Shown here piece by piece: positions 27,218-37,018 of a DNA stretch of 42,585 bases; within the stretch, counting starts at the first letter, position 1; the number at the start of each line of letters is the position of its first letter. The stretch lies in IMG/VR virus record IMGVR_UViG_3300032373_000784, positions 1-42,585 of that record; one strand, written 5' to 3'. This stretch comes from a virus. Its lineage: Duplodnaviria > Caudoviricetes. The position numbers and the translations under genes were made by a program. The notes beneath the pieces are model-generated. The model was not told where the DNA came from. It did not search any database and saw only the letters and a program-made list of their open reading frames with translations.

Positions 27218-29301
27218 TGAAAGTCAGAACGTACCAGTCGCAAAAAGGCATCACGGCGCAAGGCTCGGCTGCACGCATGTCGGCTGGGGCGCTTACCGTG
27301 GCGAGCGGCGCCGCGGCGGATTTTGCCAACACCGCCGTGAACGTCACCAACGATGCGGTACAGCGCCAAAAAGAGGCCGATGATAACGCTTGGGTTTCCT
27401 CAACCACCGCCAGCGCGGCGAAGAATTGGGCCGAGCGCCTCAATCAATCGAAGCAATCGGCGCCCGAGGGTGCGGACGGTTTCGCCGGTGGCGTTGAAAA
27501 GGATTTTCAGGCTTATCGCTCCCAGATCATCAAGGATGCGCCGTCTCCGGAAGCGGCGCGGATGGCGGGGCAGCGCTTTGATCGTCTCGGCCTTTCGGTG
27601 TTTAACGAGGCTTTGACGTTTGAGGCCACCTCCAAACGCACCAAGCGCATGACGGACTTTGGCCAGGGCCTCAACGACCTGGCCAACGCGGCGTACGCCA
27701 GCCCCGGCCAAGAGGCGCAATTGATTGCCCAGGCGCAAGGCGACCTTATGGCCGCTGAAAATTCGTGGATGTTGCCCGGCGACGTGAGCGAACAGCGCAA
27801 GGCGATCCCCGGCAAAATCGCCGAGCAAGCCCTGCGTGGTCGCTTGGCGCAAGATCCGCAGGGCGTTCTCAAAGCTCTGGAAGGTGATCAAGATCCATCG
27901 GTCAATCGCCTGGATCCGGAGCGGCGTACGGTGTTGGCGTCGGCGGCGCGTGCCGAAATCGGGCGTCGGGCGATCGTTCGCAACGGCGAGCGTAAGGGTT
28001 TGGAGACGCGGCTCAAGGATCTGGGCGGCGTGGTTGAGGCTGGTTTCGATCCCGGCACGGATCGGCTGCAGGCGCTTGAGGCAGACATCGCAAAATTCGG
28101 CGATGGTGCGCTCAGCGCGGACGTGCTGGCGATGAAAAACAGTCTTGGTTTTCAGGCTGAAATTCGCGCTTGGACCCCGACGATGTTGCAAAACTGGGTC
28201 AACCAAGAGCACACGCGGCTGAACAAAGGCGACGTGTCCTCGACGGAGGCCGAGCGGGTCGATCTGGCTGGAAAGATTTTGAGGTCGATGCAGTCCGCGA
28301 TCAAGCAAGATCCGCTCAGCTGGGCGGCGCGCGCGGGTGTGGCCGAAATCAAGCCGGTGGCATATGCGGGGCAAGATGCGGTGCAAAGCATGCAGTCGCG
28401 GCGTCAAACGGCGTTGCACCTGGCTGAATATTACGGCACCGCGCCGCGGTTGTTGACCGATGAGGAAGAGGTGCAGCTTAAATCAAAGCTGGAAGGGGCC
28501 AGCGCCGACGAGCAGGTTGCTTTGGCCTATTCGTTGAATGAGGGTTTTGGCCCGCAAGCGTCCAGCGTGTTCCAGCGGATTTCTGGCGACGATCCTTTAT
28601 TCGCGCATGCGGGTGGGCTGGCGGCGCTGGGCACGGCCCAGGCGGGCACCGCGCGCGATGTTTTGTTTGGGCGTCAGGTGTTGAAGGCCGGGAACAAGGT
28701 TTTGCCGCCCGCCATCGACATGAACGATTGGACCACCGACGAGCTGGGCGCGGCATTGTCCGAAACGCCATCGACGCGCGGCGCGGTGGTGGAAGCCGCC
28801 AAGGCGATTTATGCCGCAACATTCATGCGGCGCGGCGGCAGTGCGGACATCGAAGATACTTATTTCACCGAGAGTGACGAGGATCTGTGGCGCGAAAGTG
28901 TCCAGCTTGCCGCGGGTGGTGTGCGCGATAGCGCCGGTGAAATGCGCGGCGGCATTGGCGAGTGGAATGGCCAAAACGTGCTGCTGCCAAACGGTGTGCG
29001 TCAGTCGGATCTCAATCATCTGCTGAACATTGTCGAGGACGCGGACCTTGTCGCCCTGGGTGGCGGTGTTCATGGCGATGGTCAGCCGTTCACGGTCAAG
29101 GATTTCAAGGACGCCCGCTTGGTCGATTACGGCCATGGGCAATACATGATCGATATGAGCGGCGACGGGGTTGAGTTTATCCGCGGCGATGGCCCGAACG
29201 GGTACTTTGTGCTCGATGTTTCAGAGCTGGGCAAAGTGATGATGGCGCGGCGCAAAGGCGTTGAGGTGGGCGCGCTCGATGGCGCGGGGGGGGCGAATTG
29301 A
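27217..29301 (+). CDS. Internal virion/ejection protein
   Basis: 694-aa alpha-helical Ala-rich protein in the ejectosome gene block. Confidence 0.65.
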   Translation: MKVRTYQSQKGITAQGSAARMSAGALTVASGAAADFANTAVNVTNDAVQRQKEADDNAWVSSTTASAAKNWAERLNQSKQSAPEGADGFAGGVEKDFQAYRSQIIKDAPSPEAARMAGQRFDRLGLSVFNEALTFEATSKRTKRMTDFGQGLNDLANAAYASPGQEAQLIAQAQGDLMAAENSWMLPGDVSEQRKAIPGKIAEQALRGRLAQDPQGVLKALEGDQDPSVNRLDPERRTVLASAARAEIGRRAIVRNGERKGLETRLKDLGGVVEAGFDPGTDRLQALEADIAKFGDGALSADVLAMKNSLGFQAEIRAWTPTMLQNWVNQEHTRLNKGDVSSTEAERVDLAGKILRSMQSAIKQDPLSWAARAGVAEIKPVAYAGQDAVQSMQSRRQTALHLAEYYGTAPRLLTDEEEVQLKSKLEGASADEQVALAYSLNEGFGPQASSVFQRISGDDPLFAHAGGLAALGTAQAGTARDVLFGRQVLKAGNKVLPPAIDMNDWTTDELGAALSETPSTRGAVVEAAKAIYAATFMRRGGSADIEDTYFTESDEDLWRESVQLAAGGVRDSAGEMRGGIGEWNGQNVLLPNGVRQSDLNHLLNIVEDADLVALGGGVHGDGQPFTVKDFKDARLVDYGHGQYMIDMSGDGVEFIRGDGPNGYFVLDVSELGKVMMARRKGVEVGALDGAGGAN

Positions 29302-32300
29302 GTATCTTCGTCGATCAGAAAGACGCCACCACGGCGCTGCAGGACCGATCCTCTCAGGGCGCACGCACGGGTTTTGTTGAAAACTTCTCTGCGGCTTTGG
29401 ATACAACGGATCTGTCGGGCAGTTCTATTTCTGAGAAGGTCAATCTGGCCGAGGCTTACGATCCGATGATCGCGGCGCTCAACGAAGGCCGTTCAAAACG
29501 CCAACAGTTCGCCAATCCGTTTAGCCGCACGATCAGCGACCCGGTGCGCGGCCCGTCCTGGCGGGCTGGTTTTTCGTCGGATGATCTTGAAAAGCGCATT
29601 TGGGCGGAAATCGATGCGCGGCGCGCGGTTGATCCGGCTGCATTTCCTGATCTGCCCAAAAATCGCGATGCCATGCGGGAAAGCATTTACAAAACCGTTC
29701 GCGATGCAGAGGCCAAAGCGAACAAGGTGGGCGCATCCGCGAGCACTTCCGGCGTTCTTGGGCAATTTGCCGGAACGGCGGTCGGCGTGATGAAAGATCC
29801 GCCGGTTGCCATCTCGACCATGTTCGGTGCTGGCCCGGCGGCGTCGATCGCGCGCACGGTTTTGCTTGAGACGTTCATCGGCGCCGGGTCTGAGGCCTTG
29901 GTGCAGCCTGATATCCAGCGTTACCGCGTCAAGGCCGGGCTTGATCCCAGTGATCCATTGAAAAACATCGCCATCGCCGGTGCGGCGTCAGGTGTATTGG
30001 GCGGTGTTGTAAAGGGTGGTGGGCGCGTCGCCGGGCGTCTTGCCGGTGCTGGTAATGTGGTGCGTATGAGCAATGAAAAATTGCTCAAGACCTTTGATGA
30101 CCTGATTAAAAAGCCCACCGCTGAGCAGCGTGTGGCGCGGGACACCATCGCGGCCGAGATCGATCTGGCCAAGGACAATCCCCTTGATGGTCGTGGCGGG
30201 CGATCCGAACACCGTGCCCGCACGGCGGAGGCGATCCAGGCGGCCGAAGATGGCGCTATGGTGTCCATGCAAGACCGCCCCGCTGCAGATTTGAAGCCGC
30301 GTGTGGGCGATGATGTCGATAACCTCGACGGTCTGGTTTATGCGTTCAAGCCCGATGAGCTTGAGGTCGATGCCAAGTTGTTTCAGTTCAAGGAAGGCGG
30401 CGATCAATTCGGCGTGACGGATCGTCTGCAGGGCGTCGATACCTGGGATCCGGTCAAGGCTGGCCAGGTGCTGGTGTATGAATTCGCCGACGGCAAACGG
30501 TTCATCGCCGATGGCCATCAACGTCTGGGATTGGCGCGGCGCATTCAGGCGCAGGGCGATGGGCAAGATGTGCGCCTGATCGGCCAAGTGATCCGCGAAA
30601 GCGATGGCATGAGCCCGGAAATGGCCCGCGTGGTGGCGGCGATGAAGAACGTCGCTGAGGGATCGGGAACCGCCATCGATGCCGCCAAGGTTCTGCGCGT
30701 CGATCCCCGGCGGATCGGTGAGCTGCCGCCGCGCTCTCAACTGGTGCGCCAAGCCCAGGATCTGGTCAACCTGTCCGATGATGCTTTCGGGATGGTGGTT
30801 AACGAAGTGGTGCCCGCACACTTCGCCGCGGTGGTCGGTCGCTTGATGCCGGGCGATGCGCACATGCAGGCGGCGGCGTTGGACGTTCTGGTTAAAACCA
30901 GCCCAGAAAATCTGGTGCGGGCCGAGGCGGTCGTTCGTCAGGTGCAGAATATCGGCACGGTCAGCGAAAAGCAGATCGGTTTGTTTGGTGAGGAAATCAT
31001 CACCAAAAGCCTAATTGTCGAGCGGGCCAAGATCTTGGATCGAGCCATGAAGCGCCTGCGCAAAGACAAGGGCGTGTTTAAGAACCTGGTCGCCAATTCC
31101 GGCGATATCGCGAAGGCCGGCAACCGCCTGGCCGACGCCGAAAATCTGAAAAGGGCCACAAATGATGAAACGGCACTCCAAACGCTCCAAACGCTCGCCA
31201 ACCGCAAAGGCCCCCTCTCAGACGCTCTTGAAGGCGCCGCCCGGCGGGCCGCCGAAAGCGGAAGCTTCTCCGACGCCACAAGAGAATTCGTCGGCGCTGT
31301 CCGAGACGCAGCTTCGCGCGGCGATTTTGAAGGGGTATCAATTGGCCGAGGCGGGGGCGCTGAACATGTTGAGCCACAAACGCCAATCCGTCCAGGCGAA
31401 GAACAGGCCGACTTAGGCGGCTTTTCAGAGCCCGCTGGGGTGGCGGCAGAACAGCAGGCCGCGGCGCTTGAGCGTGTGGTGCGCGATGTGTTCGAACTCG
31501 ATGTGCCGGGGCGCGATCAACCGTTGGTGCTCGATGATGCGGTGGCGGTTCACCCAGGCACCGGTGAGGGCATCGTTACCGCCATGCGCCGGGCTGAGGC
31601 GATGCCCAAAACCCACAAAATCACGACGCCCGAACGGGTTCGCTTGCGCCAGCAAATTGCCGCGGATCTATACGGTGCCGGTGCAGCCCGCCAAGATTTC
31701 ACCGTCGATATTGTTCTGGGCCCGCCGGCCGCCGGTAAAAGCATGTTTTCCGATCCGCTGGTTGCTGAACGCGGCGCGTTGCTGATCGATAGCGATTTGG
31801 CCAAAGAAGTCTTGCCGGAATTCGAAGGCGGGATCGGCGCTCACGCTGTGCACCTTGAAAGCCGAATGATCGTTGAGGGTGATGTGTTGGCGCGTGCCTT
31901 GGCGCGGGGAGATAATATCGTGTGGCCGATGGTGGGCGGGGATCTGGCCAACCTTGAGGCTAAAATAGATTTGCTTCGCGCGGCGGATTATGACGTCAAT
32001 GTACACTTGGTCGAGGTGCCGACCGAGGTCGCCATCGAACGCGCGATTGAGCGTTTTCGCTTGACCGGACGCTTGGTTTCGCCGCAATATGTATTGGAAG
32101 TTGCAGACAACCCCGTACGCACCTTCGATGAGTTAATCAAAAGGGGTGATATCCATGAGCACTCGCATTACTCAAACGACGTCCCGCAAGGGTCTCCGTT
32201 ACGACTTGTCCGCGATCAAGGATCTGCCGACCTACGACCTCGAAAAGGAAGGCCAGGAGATCCCGCTGAACGCGATGCAACGCGTTCTGGACAATCTGAG

Positions 32301-32534
32301 CCCGCAAGACCGGGCCAAGCGTCAGGCGATGAAGGCTCGAAATCAGTCCAGCCGGACGGACAAACCGGCGGCCTAGAGCCGTCTCTCGACCCATCCCATG
32401 AAATCCCTGTAGACGTTGCCGTAAATGAAAACGGTGACGTCATTGCGCGCACCCGTCCGTTGGGCGAGGTGCTTGATGAGCTTGAAGCCGAGGCGACCTT
32501 CCTCGACGATTTGGAAGGAGGGTGTCTGAAATGA
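29298..32534 (+). CDS. Polyvalent internal virion protein with ParB/Srx-like and zeta-toxin-like kinase domains
   Basis: Gly/Ala-rich N-region; FIADGHQR (ParB/Srx); GPPAAGKS, IDSD, ERAIERFRLTGRLV (zeta-like P-loop kinase). Confidence 0.75.
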   Translation: MSIFVDQKDATTALQDRSSQGARTGFVENFSAALDTTDLSGSSISEKVNLAEAYDPMIAALNEGRSKRQQFANPFSRTISDPVRGPSWRAGFSSDDLEKRIWAEIDARRAVDPAAFPDLPKNRDAMRESIYKTVRDAEAKANKVGASASTSGVLGQFAGTAVGVMKDPPVAISTMFGAGPAASIARTVLLETFIGAGSEALVQPDIQRYRVKAGLDPSDPLKNIAIAGAASGVLGGVVKGGGRVAGRLAGAGNVVRMSNEKLLKTFDDLIKKPTAEQRVARDTIAAEIDLAKDNPLDGRGGRSEHRARTAEAIQAAEDGAMVSMQDRPAADLKPRVGDDVDNLDGLVYAFKPDELEVDAKLFQFKEGGDQFGVTDRLQGVDTWDPVKAGQVLVYEFADGKRFIADGHQRLGLARRIQAQGDGQDVRLIGQVIRESDGMSPEMARVVAAMKNVAEGSGTAIDAAKVLRVDPRRIGELPPRSQLVRQAQDLVNLSDDAFGMVVNEVVPAHFAAVVGRLMPGDAHMQAAALDVLVKTSPENLVRAEAVVRQVQNIGTVSEKQIGLFGEEIITKSLIVERAKILDRAMKRLRKDKGVFKNLVANSGDIAKAGNRLADAENLKRATNDETALQTLQTLANRKGPLSDALEGAARRAAESGSFSDATREFVGAVRDAASRGDFEGVSIGRGGGAEHVEPQTPIRPGEEQADLGGFSEPAGVAAEQQAAALERVVRDVFELDVPGRDQPLVLDDAVAVHPGTGEGIVTAMRRAEAMPKTHKITTPERVRLRQQIAADLYGAGAARQDFTVDIVLGPPAAGKSMFSDPLVAERGALLIDSDLAKEVLPEFEGGIGAHAVHLESRMIVEGDVLARALARGDNIVWPMVGGDLANLEAKIDLLRAADYDVNVHLVEVPTEVAIERAIERFRLTGRLVSPQYVLEVADNPVRTFDELIKRGDIHEHSHYSNDVPQGSPLRLVRDQGSADLRPRKGRPGDPAERDATRSGQSEPARPGQASGDEGSKSVQPDGQTGGLEPSLDPSHEIPVDVAVNENGDVIARTRPLGEVLDELEAEATFLDDLEGGCLK
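31162..31416 (+). CDS. Overprinted small ORF (+1 frame) inside the virion protein gene
   Basis: 84 aa; main frame shifts to rare codons over this stretch; amphipathic LSETQLRAAILKGYQLAEAG helix. Confidence 0.4.
   Translation: MMKRHSKRSKRSPTAKAPSQTLLKAPPGGPPKAEASPTPQENSSALSETQLRAAILKGYQLAEAGALNMLSHKRQSVQAKNRPT
32155..32376 (+). CDS. Overprinted small ORF (+1 frame) at the end of the zeta-like domain
   Basis: 73 aa, ATG preceded by AAGGGG; host-like codons while the main frame uses tta/cga/cta/agg/aga. Confidence 0.6.
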   Translation: MSTRITQTTSRKGLRYDLSAIKDLPTYDLEKEGQEIPLNAMQRVLDNLSPQDRAKRQAMKARNQSSRTDKPAA

Positions 32535-35032
32535 GCCTCAAGGATTGCATCAATCGTGGTGTCGATGGCGGCGAGCTGGACCCAGAACGTGGCCGCGCGG
32601 CGACCGAGTTGTTCGATGAGATCGAGGCCGAATTCCAGGGCCGTATGAACCATGGCGAAGCGGCGCGGCGCGCGGCGGAGGAAACGGTCAAGGTCTTGCG
32701 TCGTGAGGCCGTGGAAAAAAAGCGCCAGGTGCTGCTGCAGGCTGAGGCCTGGGCGCGGGTTAAACACAACATCGAGACCTATAAAAACGTGCGCGGCGAG
32801 ATCGATCCCGGCGCCGGGCTTTTGGCGTTGCTGGATCAAGACGAGCTGGCGCCGTTTTCCAACTTGGTGGCGCGGCAAAATGCGATCCGTGGGCGCTTGC
32901 ATGCGCGCATGGACGAAGTGCTCGCCACGTTCCGCCGTGATCTGGTTGGGCGTGTGCGCAACCGGGCCGAGCTGGAAAACGTGGTGCGTGAGATTTTTGG
33001 CGAAGACACCGGCGATGTGTTGGCCAAGCAGCTGGCAGAGGCATGGGGGGAGGCGTCCGAGTTTGGCCGCTTGCGGTTCAATGCGGCGGGCGGGCGGATT
33101 GCGAAGCGTGCCGACTGGGGCATGCCGCAACATCACGATGCAATCGCGGTGCGCAAGGCTAGCTTTGAGGAATGGCGCGACTTTATCGAGCCAAAGCTCG
33201 ATCGCTCCAAAATGGTCGATGAAGTCTCGGGGCGACCATTGTCGGGATCGCGGCTCGAAATCGCCTTGCGGGAGGTGTATGAAACCATCCGCACCGACGG
33301 CATCAACAAATTAACGCCGAATGGTCAGGCTGGTGGCAAGAAGCTCGCCAATCGCCGCACCGATCATCGTTTCTTGGTGTTCAAAAGCGCCGACGACTGG
33401 CTGGACTATCAAGGCCGGTTCGGCAACGGCGACCCGTTTTCGATCATGGTTGGCCACCTTGACGCCATGTCGCGAGACATTGCGCAGATGGAGATCCTTG
33501 GTCCCAACCCCAACGCAACACTGCGCTACCTGACCCAGACGGTGGAGCAAAATGCGGTCCATGCCGACGTCAAGGCCAAGGGTGCAAACGGCGGTGAAAA
33601 GGCTCTTGATCGGGCGCGATCGCAGGTCAAATTGGCTGAGGATATGTTTGCCAATTTCACCGGAAAATCAAACCGCCCGATCAATGGCGCGGTGGCGCGG
33701 TCGTTCGCCGGTCTGCGTTCGATGCTGCAGTCGATGCAGCTGGGCGCGGCCGCGATATCTGCGATCACCGACGTGAACTTTGGCCGCATGGCCGCCAAGC
33801 ACGCGGGTTTGCCCCAGGCGCGTGAGATCGGTCGGGTATTGAAAATGCTCACCCCTCACGTCACCGAAGATCAAAAACTGGCGGTGCGCCTTGGTTTGAT
33901 CGCGGAAAACTGGGCGACGGTGGCCAGTGCCCAGGCGCGCTACGTTGGCGAAGTGTCGGGGCCGGAAATCTCGCGCCGGTTTGCCGACGCGGTGATGCGG
34001 GTGTCGGGTCTGAGCCCCTGGACCCAGGCGGGCAAGTGGGCCTTTGGTATGGAATTCATGGGCTTTCTGGGCGACCAGGTGGGCCGATCGTTCGACCAGT
34101 TGCCAGACGCTCTGCAATCGACGTTTAAGCGTTATGGCCTTGATGCGACTGCCTGGGACGTTATGCGGGCCACGGATCTGTATGAGCATCAAGGCGCCGC
34201 GTTCTTGCGTCCCGACGACATCGCCTCACGTCCTGGCGTCAATCCTCGTCTCGCCGATGATATTGCCACGCGGTTTTTGGAAATGGTGCAGACCGAAACC
34301 AATTTTGCGGTACCGAGCTCGAGCCTGCGCGGTCGCTCGATGATCGTTTCCGACGCCCCGCCGGGGACGTTCTTGGGCGAGCTGGTGCGATCCGTCGCGA
34401 TGTACAAGAATTTCGCCGTGACCCTGGCGTTCACCCACGTGCGACGTGGCATCAACGAAGCCCGCACCGGACGGGGCGGGCGGTACCTGGCGGACTTGAT
34501 GATCTCGACCACGATCATGGGCGGCCTGGCGCTGCAGCTCAAAGAAATGTCCAAGGGCCGCGACCCGCGTCCCATGACCGGCAAAAAGTCGGCGGAATTC
34601 TGGTCGGCGGCGATGATGCAGGGCGGCGGGCTCGGCATCTTCGGCGATTTTCTGTTTTCCAATATGAACCGCATGGATCGCGGCCTAGCCGAAACCTTGG
34701 CCGGGCCGGTGGTGGGCTTCGCCAACGATGTGCGGCGGTTGACGATCGGCAATCTGGCGCAATTGCCGGGTGAAGATCCGACCAATGCCGGGCGCGAGCT
34801 TTCGAATTTTCTGCGGCGCTACACGCCGGGCGGATCGCTTTGGTATCTGCGCGCTGGTTATGAGCGGGTGTTTCTCGACCAGCTGCAAAACTGGATCGAT
34901 CCGGGTGCAAAACGCGCCTGGCGGCGGATGGAGCGCCGCTACCGTCGCGATCTGGGCCAGCGCTATTTCTGGAAGCCCGGCGATCTGGCGCCGGATCGCG
35001 CGCCGGATCTTGGCAACATGATTGAAAAGTAG
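32531..35032 (+). CDS. Large internal virion/ejection protein
   Basis: 833 aa helical protein, WGMPQHHD, MQGGGLGIFGDF, RYTPGGSLWY; last gene of the ejection block. Confidence 0.7.
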   Translation: MSLKDCINRGVDGGELDPERGRAATELFDEIEAEFQGRMNHGEAARRAAEETVKVLRREAVEKKRQVLLQAEAWARVKHNIETYKNVRGEIDPGAGLLALLDQDELAPFSNLVARQNAIRGRLHARMDEVLATFRRDLVGRVRNRAELENVVREIFGEDTGDVLAKQLAEAWGEASEFGRLRFNAAGGRIAKRADWGMPQHHDAIAVRKASFEEWRDFIEPKLDRSKMVDEVSGRPLSGSRLEIALREVYETIRTDGINKLTPNGQAGGKKLANRRTDHRFLVFKSADDWLDYQGRFGNGDPFSIMVGHLDAMSRDIAQMEILGPNPNATLRYLTQTVEQNAVHADVKAKGANGGEKALDRARSQVKLAEDMFANFTGKSNRPINGAVARSFAGLRSMLQSMQLGAAAISAITDVNFGRMAAKHAGLPQAREIGRVLKMLTPHVTEDQKLAVRLGLIAENWATVASAQARYVGEVSGPEISRRFADAVMRVSGLSPWTQAGKWAFGMEFMGFLGDQVGRSFDQLPDALQSTFKRYGLDATAWDVMRATDLYEHQGAAFLRPDDIASRPGVNPRLADDIATRFLEMVQTETNFAVPSSSLRGRSMIVSDAPPGTFLGELVRSVAMYKNFAVTLAFTHVRRGINEARTGRGGRYLADLMISTTIMGGLALQLKEMSKGRDPRPMTGKKSAEFWSAAMMQGGGLGIFGDFLFSNMNRMDRGLAETLAGPVVGFANDVRRLTIGNLAQLPGEDPTNAGRELSNFLRRYTPGGSLWYLRAGYERVFLDQLQNWIDPGAKRAWRRMERRYRRDLGQRYFWKPGDLAPDRAPDLGNMIEK

Positions 35033-35044
35033 GGGTGAACAGCT

Positions 35045-37006
35045 ATGACGGTTTCAAAATTAACTTACCGCTGGACGCCGTTTGGTGACGGCGCCACGGT
35101 CGAATTTTCGTATGACAACTTGATCTTGTCGGCGGAAAGCCTTGAGGTTTACGTCGATGGAGTGCTGCAGGCACTGACCACCGATTACAGCGTTTCGGGC
35201 GTGGGCGATAAGGATGGCGGTCTGGTCACTTTTGTGGAGGCGCCTGCGGTCTTGGCCAAGATCGTGATCTTGCGAAAAGAGCCGGCGGTGCAACCGATCG
35301 CCTATCCGTCTGGTGGTGCCTTTCCGGCAGGTTCCGTGGAAAAGGCCCAGGATCGTTTGACGATTGTCGCCCAGCAACTTGAGGGGGGGTATTATCGGTC
35401 TCTTCATCAATCGGCGTCCGATGAGGATGTTGGCGAAATGCATCTGCCGGTGAAGGCGGATCGCCAAGGCAAGATTTTTACCTGGGACGCCGATGGCCTG
35501 CCGACCGTGGTCGGCGTGGACAGCCTGTCGCTGGCGACATTGCAGGCGTTCATGGATTGGAAGGTGGACACGTTCACCGGCGACGGCGCGACGGTGGCGT
35601 TTACGCTGACGTCGGAGCCTGGATTGACCGCCAACACGCAGGTGTTCTGGGACGGCGTGTATCAGTCTAAGAGCAATTATTCCGTTGTCGGTGCCGTGAT
35701 CACGTTCACCACAGCGCCGCCCACCGGGGTCAAGGTTGAGGTGGTGCACGGTGCGGCATCGGCAACCTACACGCCGGACGATGGTTCGATCGGGTTTTCC
35801 AAGCTGGCGGCTGGGGTGGTGATCGACGACGACACCATGGCGACGGCGACAGCAATCACTTTGGCGACTTCTGAGAGCGTCAAGGCGTATGTCGATGCGG
35901 TGGCGGCAGGTAAAGCCGCGCTCGCGGGCGCGGCTTTTATGGGTGCAGTGTCCACAACAGGCACACTCACAGTAGCCAACGATTTCAAAGTTGCGCCAAC
36001 GGCTGGCGCGGTGAACTTTTGGCAATTCACAGGCGATGCGGCGCTTGGTGCGGGCGCATATGGCGTTATTGCTGGCACTGACGCAAACGCGGCGGGACGG
36101 TTTTACTCCAAAGGGTCGGGAAACCTGCTGTTTGGATCAGACGCGGGTGGAGCGGTTCAGTTTGTCGTATCACACACAGCAAGCGCCATTGATTATCTGC
36201 AAGCCAATGGTGGCAACACATACGCCACCCTAGAGGTCGCGGGTGCGGGTGCAAATGTTGAAATGCAGATCAAAAACAAAGGCGTATATAACCTACGTTA
36301 TGTACTCGGCGGGCTAACCCATGCCACGCATTTTTATACTGCTGGTGCAGTAAACTATGCCCTAGATAGCGGAGGTGCAACTGGTTATGGACGCCAACTT
36401 CGCTCTGCTGGGTCTGACACCAATGTTGCCATCGACTACTCCACCCAAGGGTGGGGCAACCATGATTTTTATCACAGCAACCGTAGCAATGTGGCATTTC
36501 GGATTAGCACCGTTGCCGCAAGCGTGAACTACCCTGTGGTGAATGGCAACTCGACGGGCAACTCAATTCAGTATGCTGGGAATGGTTCAGATACGAATGT
36601 CTCGAACTACTACAACACAAAGGGTGCAGGAAACCACACCTTTGCTTTTGGTGGTGGGCCGACGCCAGCATTCAGGATTAACTATGTTGCGAGTTACGCG
36701 AATTACTTAACTGTTACGCCGTCTGCCTTGGGTGGGGCCGTTGCGCTCAACGCTGAAGGTTCAGACGCAAATATCAACATTCGTAATATCACCAAAGGGA
36801 CCGGATATTTCCGCTGGTTCGATGCCGCTGGGACGAACCTCATTATGGACCTTGGGCGTCTTGGTGGCGGGACACAGGTCATGTTCTTGGCGAACGGAAG
36901 CGCACCTAGCTCTGACCCCGCTAGCGGCGGCTTCGTCTACGTTGAGGCGGGCGCTCTCAAATATCGCGGTTCTTCTGGAACCATTACCACGCTTGGAAAC
37001 GCATAA
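35045..37006 (+). CDS. Tail fibre / receptor-binding protein
   Basis: T7 gp17-like N-terminus (GDGAT.EF...DYSVSG...DRLT..AQQL); C-terminal G(S/T)D.N....KG.G repeats. Confidence 0.8.
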   Translation: MTVSKLTYRWTPFGDGATVEFSYDNLILSAESLEVYVDGVLQALTTDYSVSGVGDKDGGLVTFVEAPAVLAKIVILRKEPAVQPIAYPSGGAFPAGSVEKAQDRLTIVAQQLEGGYYRSLHQSASDEDVGEMHLPVKADRQGKIFTWDADGLPTVVGVDSLSLATLQAFMDWKVDTFTGDGATVAFTLTSEPGLTANTQVFWDGVYQSKSNYSVVGAVITFTTAPPTGVKVEVVHGAASATYTPDDGSIGFSKLAAGVVIDDDTMATATAITLATSESVKAYVDAVAAGKAALAGAAFMGAVSTTGTLTVANDFKVAPTAGAVNFWQFTGDAALGAGAYGVIAGTDANAAGRFYSKGSGNLLFGSDAGGAVQFVVSHTASAIDYLQANGGNTYATLEVAGAGANVEMQIKNKGVYNLRYVLGGLTHATHFYTAGAVNYALDSGGATGYGRQLRSAGSDTNVAIDYSTQGWGNHDFYHSNRSNVAFRISTVAASVNYPVVNGNSTGNSIQYAGNGSDTNVSNYYNTKGAGNHTFAFGGGPTPAFRINYVASYANYLTVTPSALGGAVALNAEGSDANINIRNITKGTGYFRWFDAAGTNLIMDLGRLGGGTQVMFLANGSAPSSDPASGGFVYVEAGALKYRGSSGTITTLGNA

Positions 37007-37018
37007 AAGGAGAATGCA

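Noticed and set aside
29298-32534. Classical epsilon-zeta toxin-antitoxin operon or ParABS partition system
   Set aside because: No separate upstream epsilon gene and no parA; both domains are fused inside a virion-block protein
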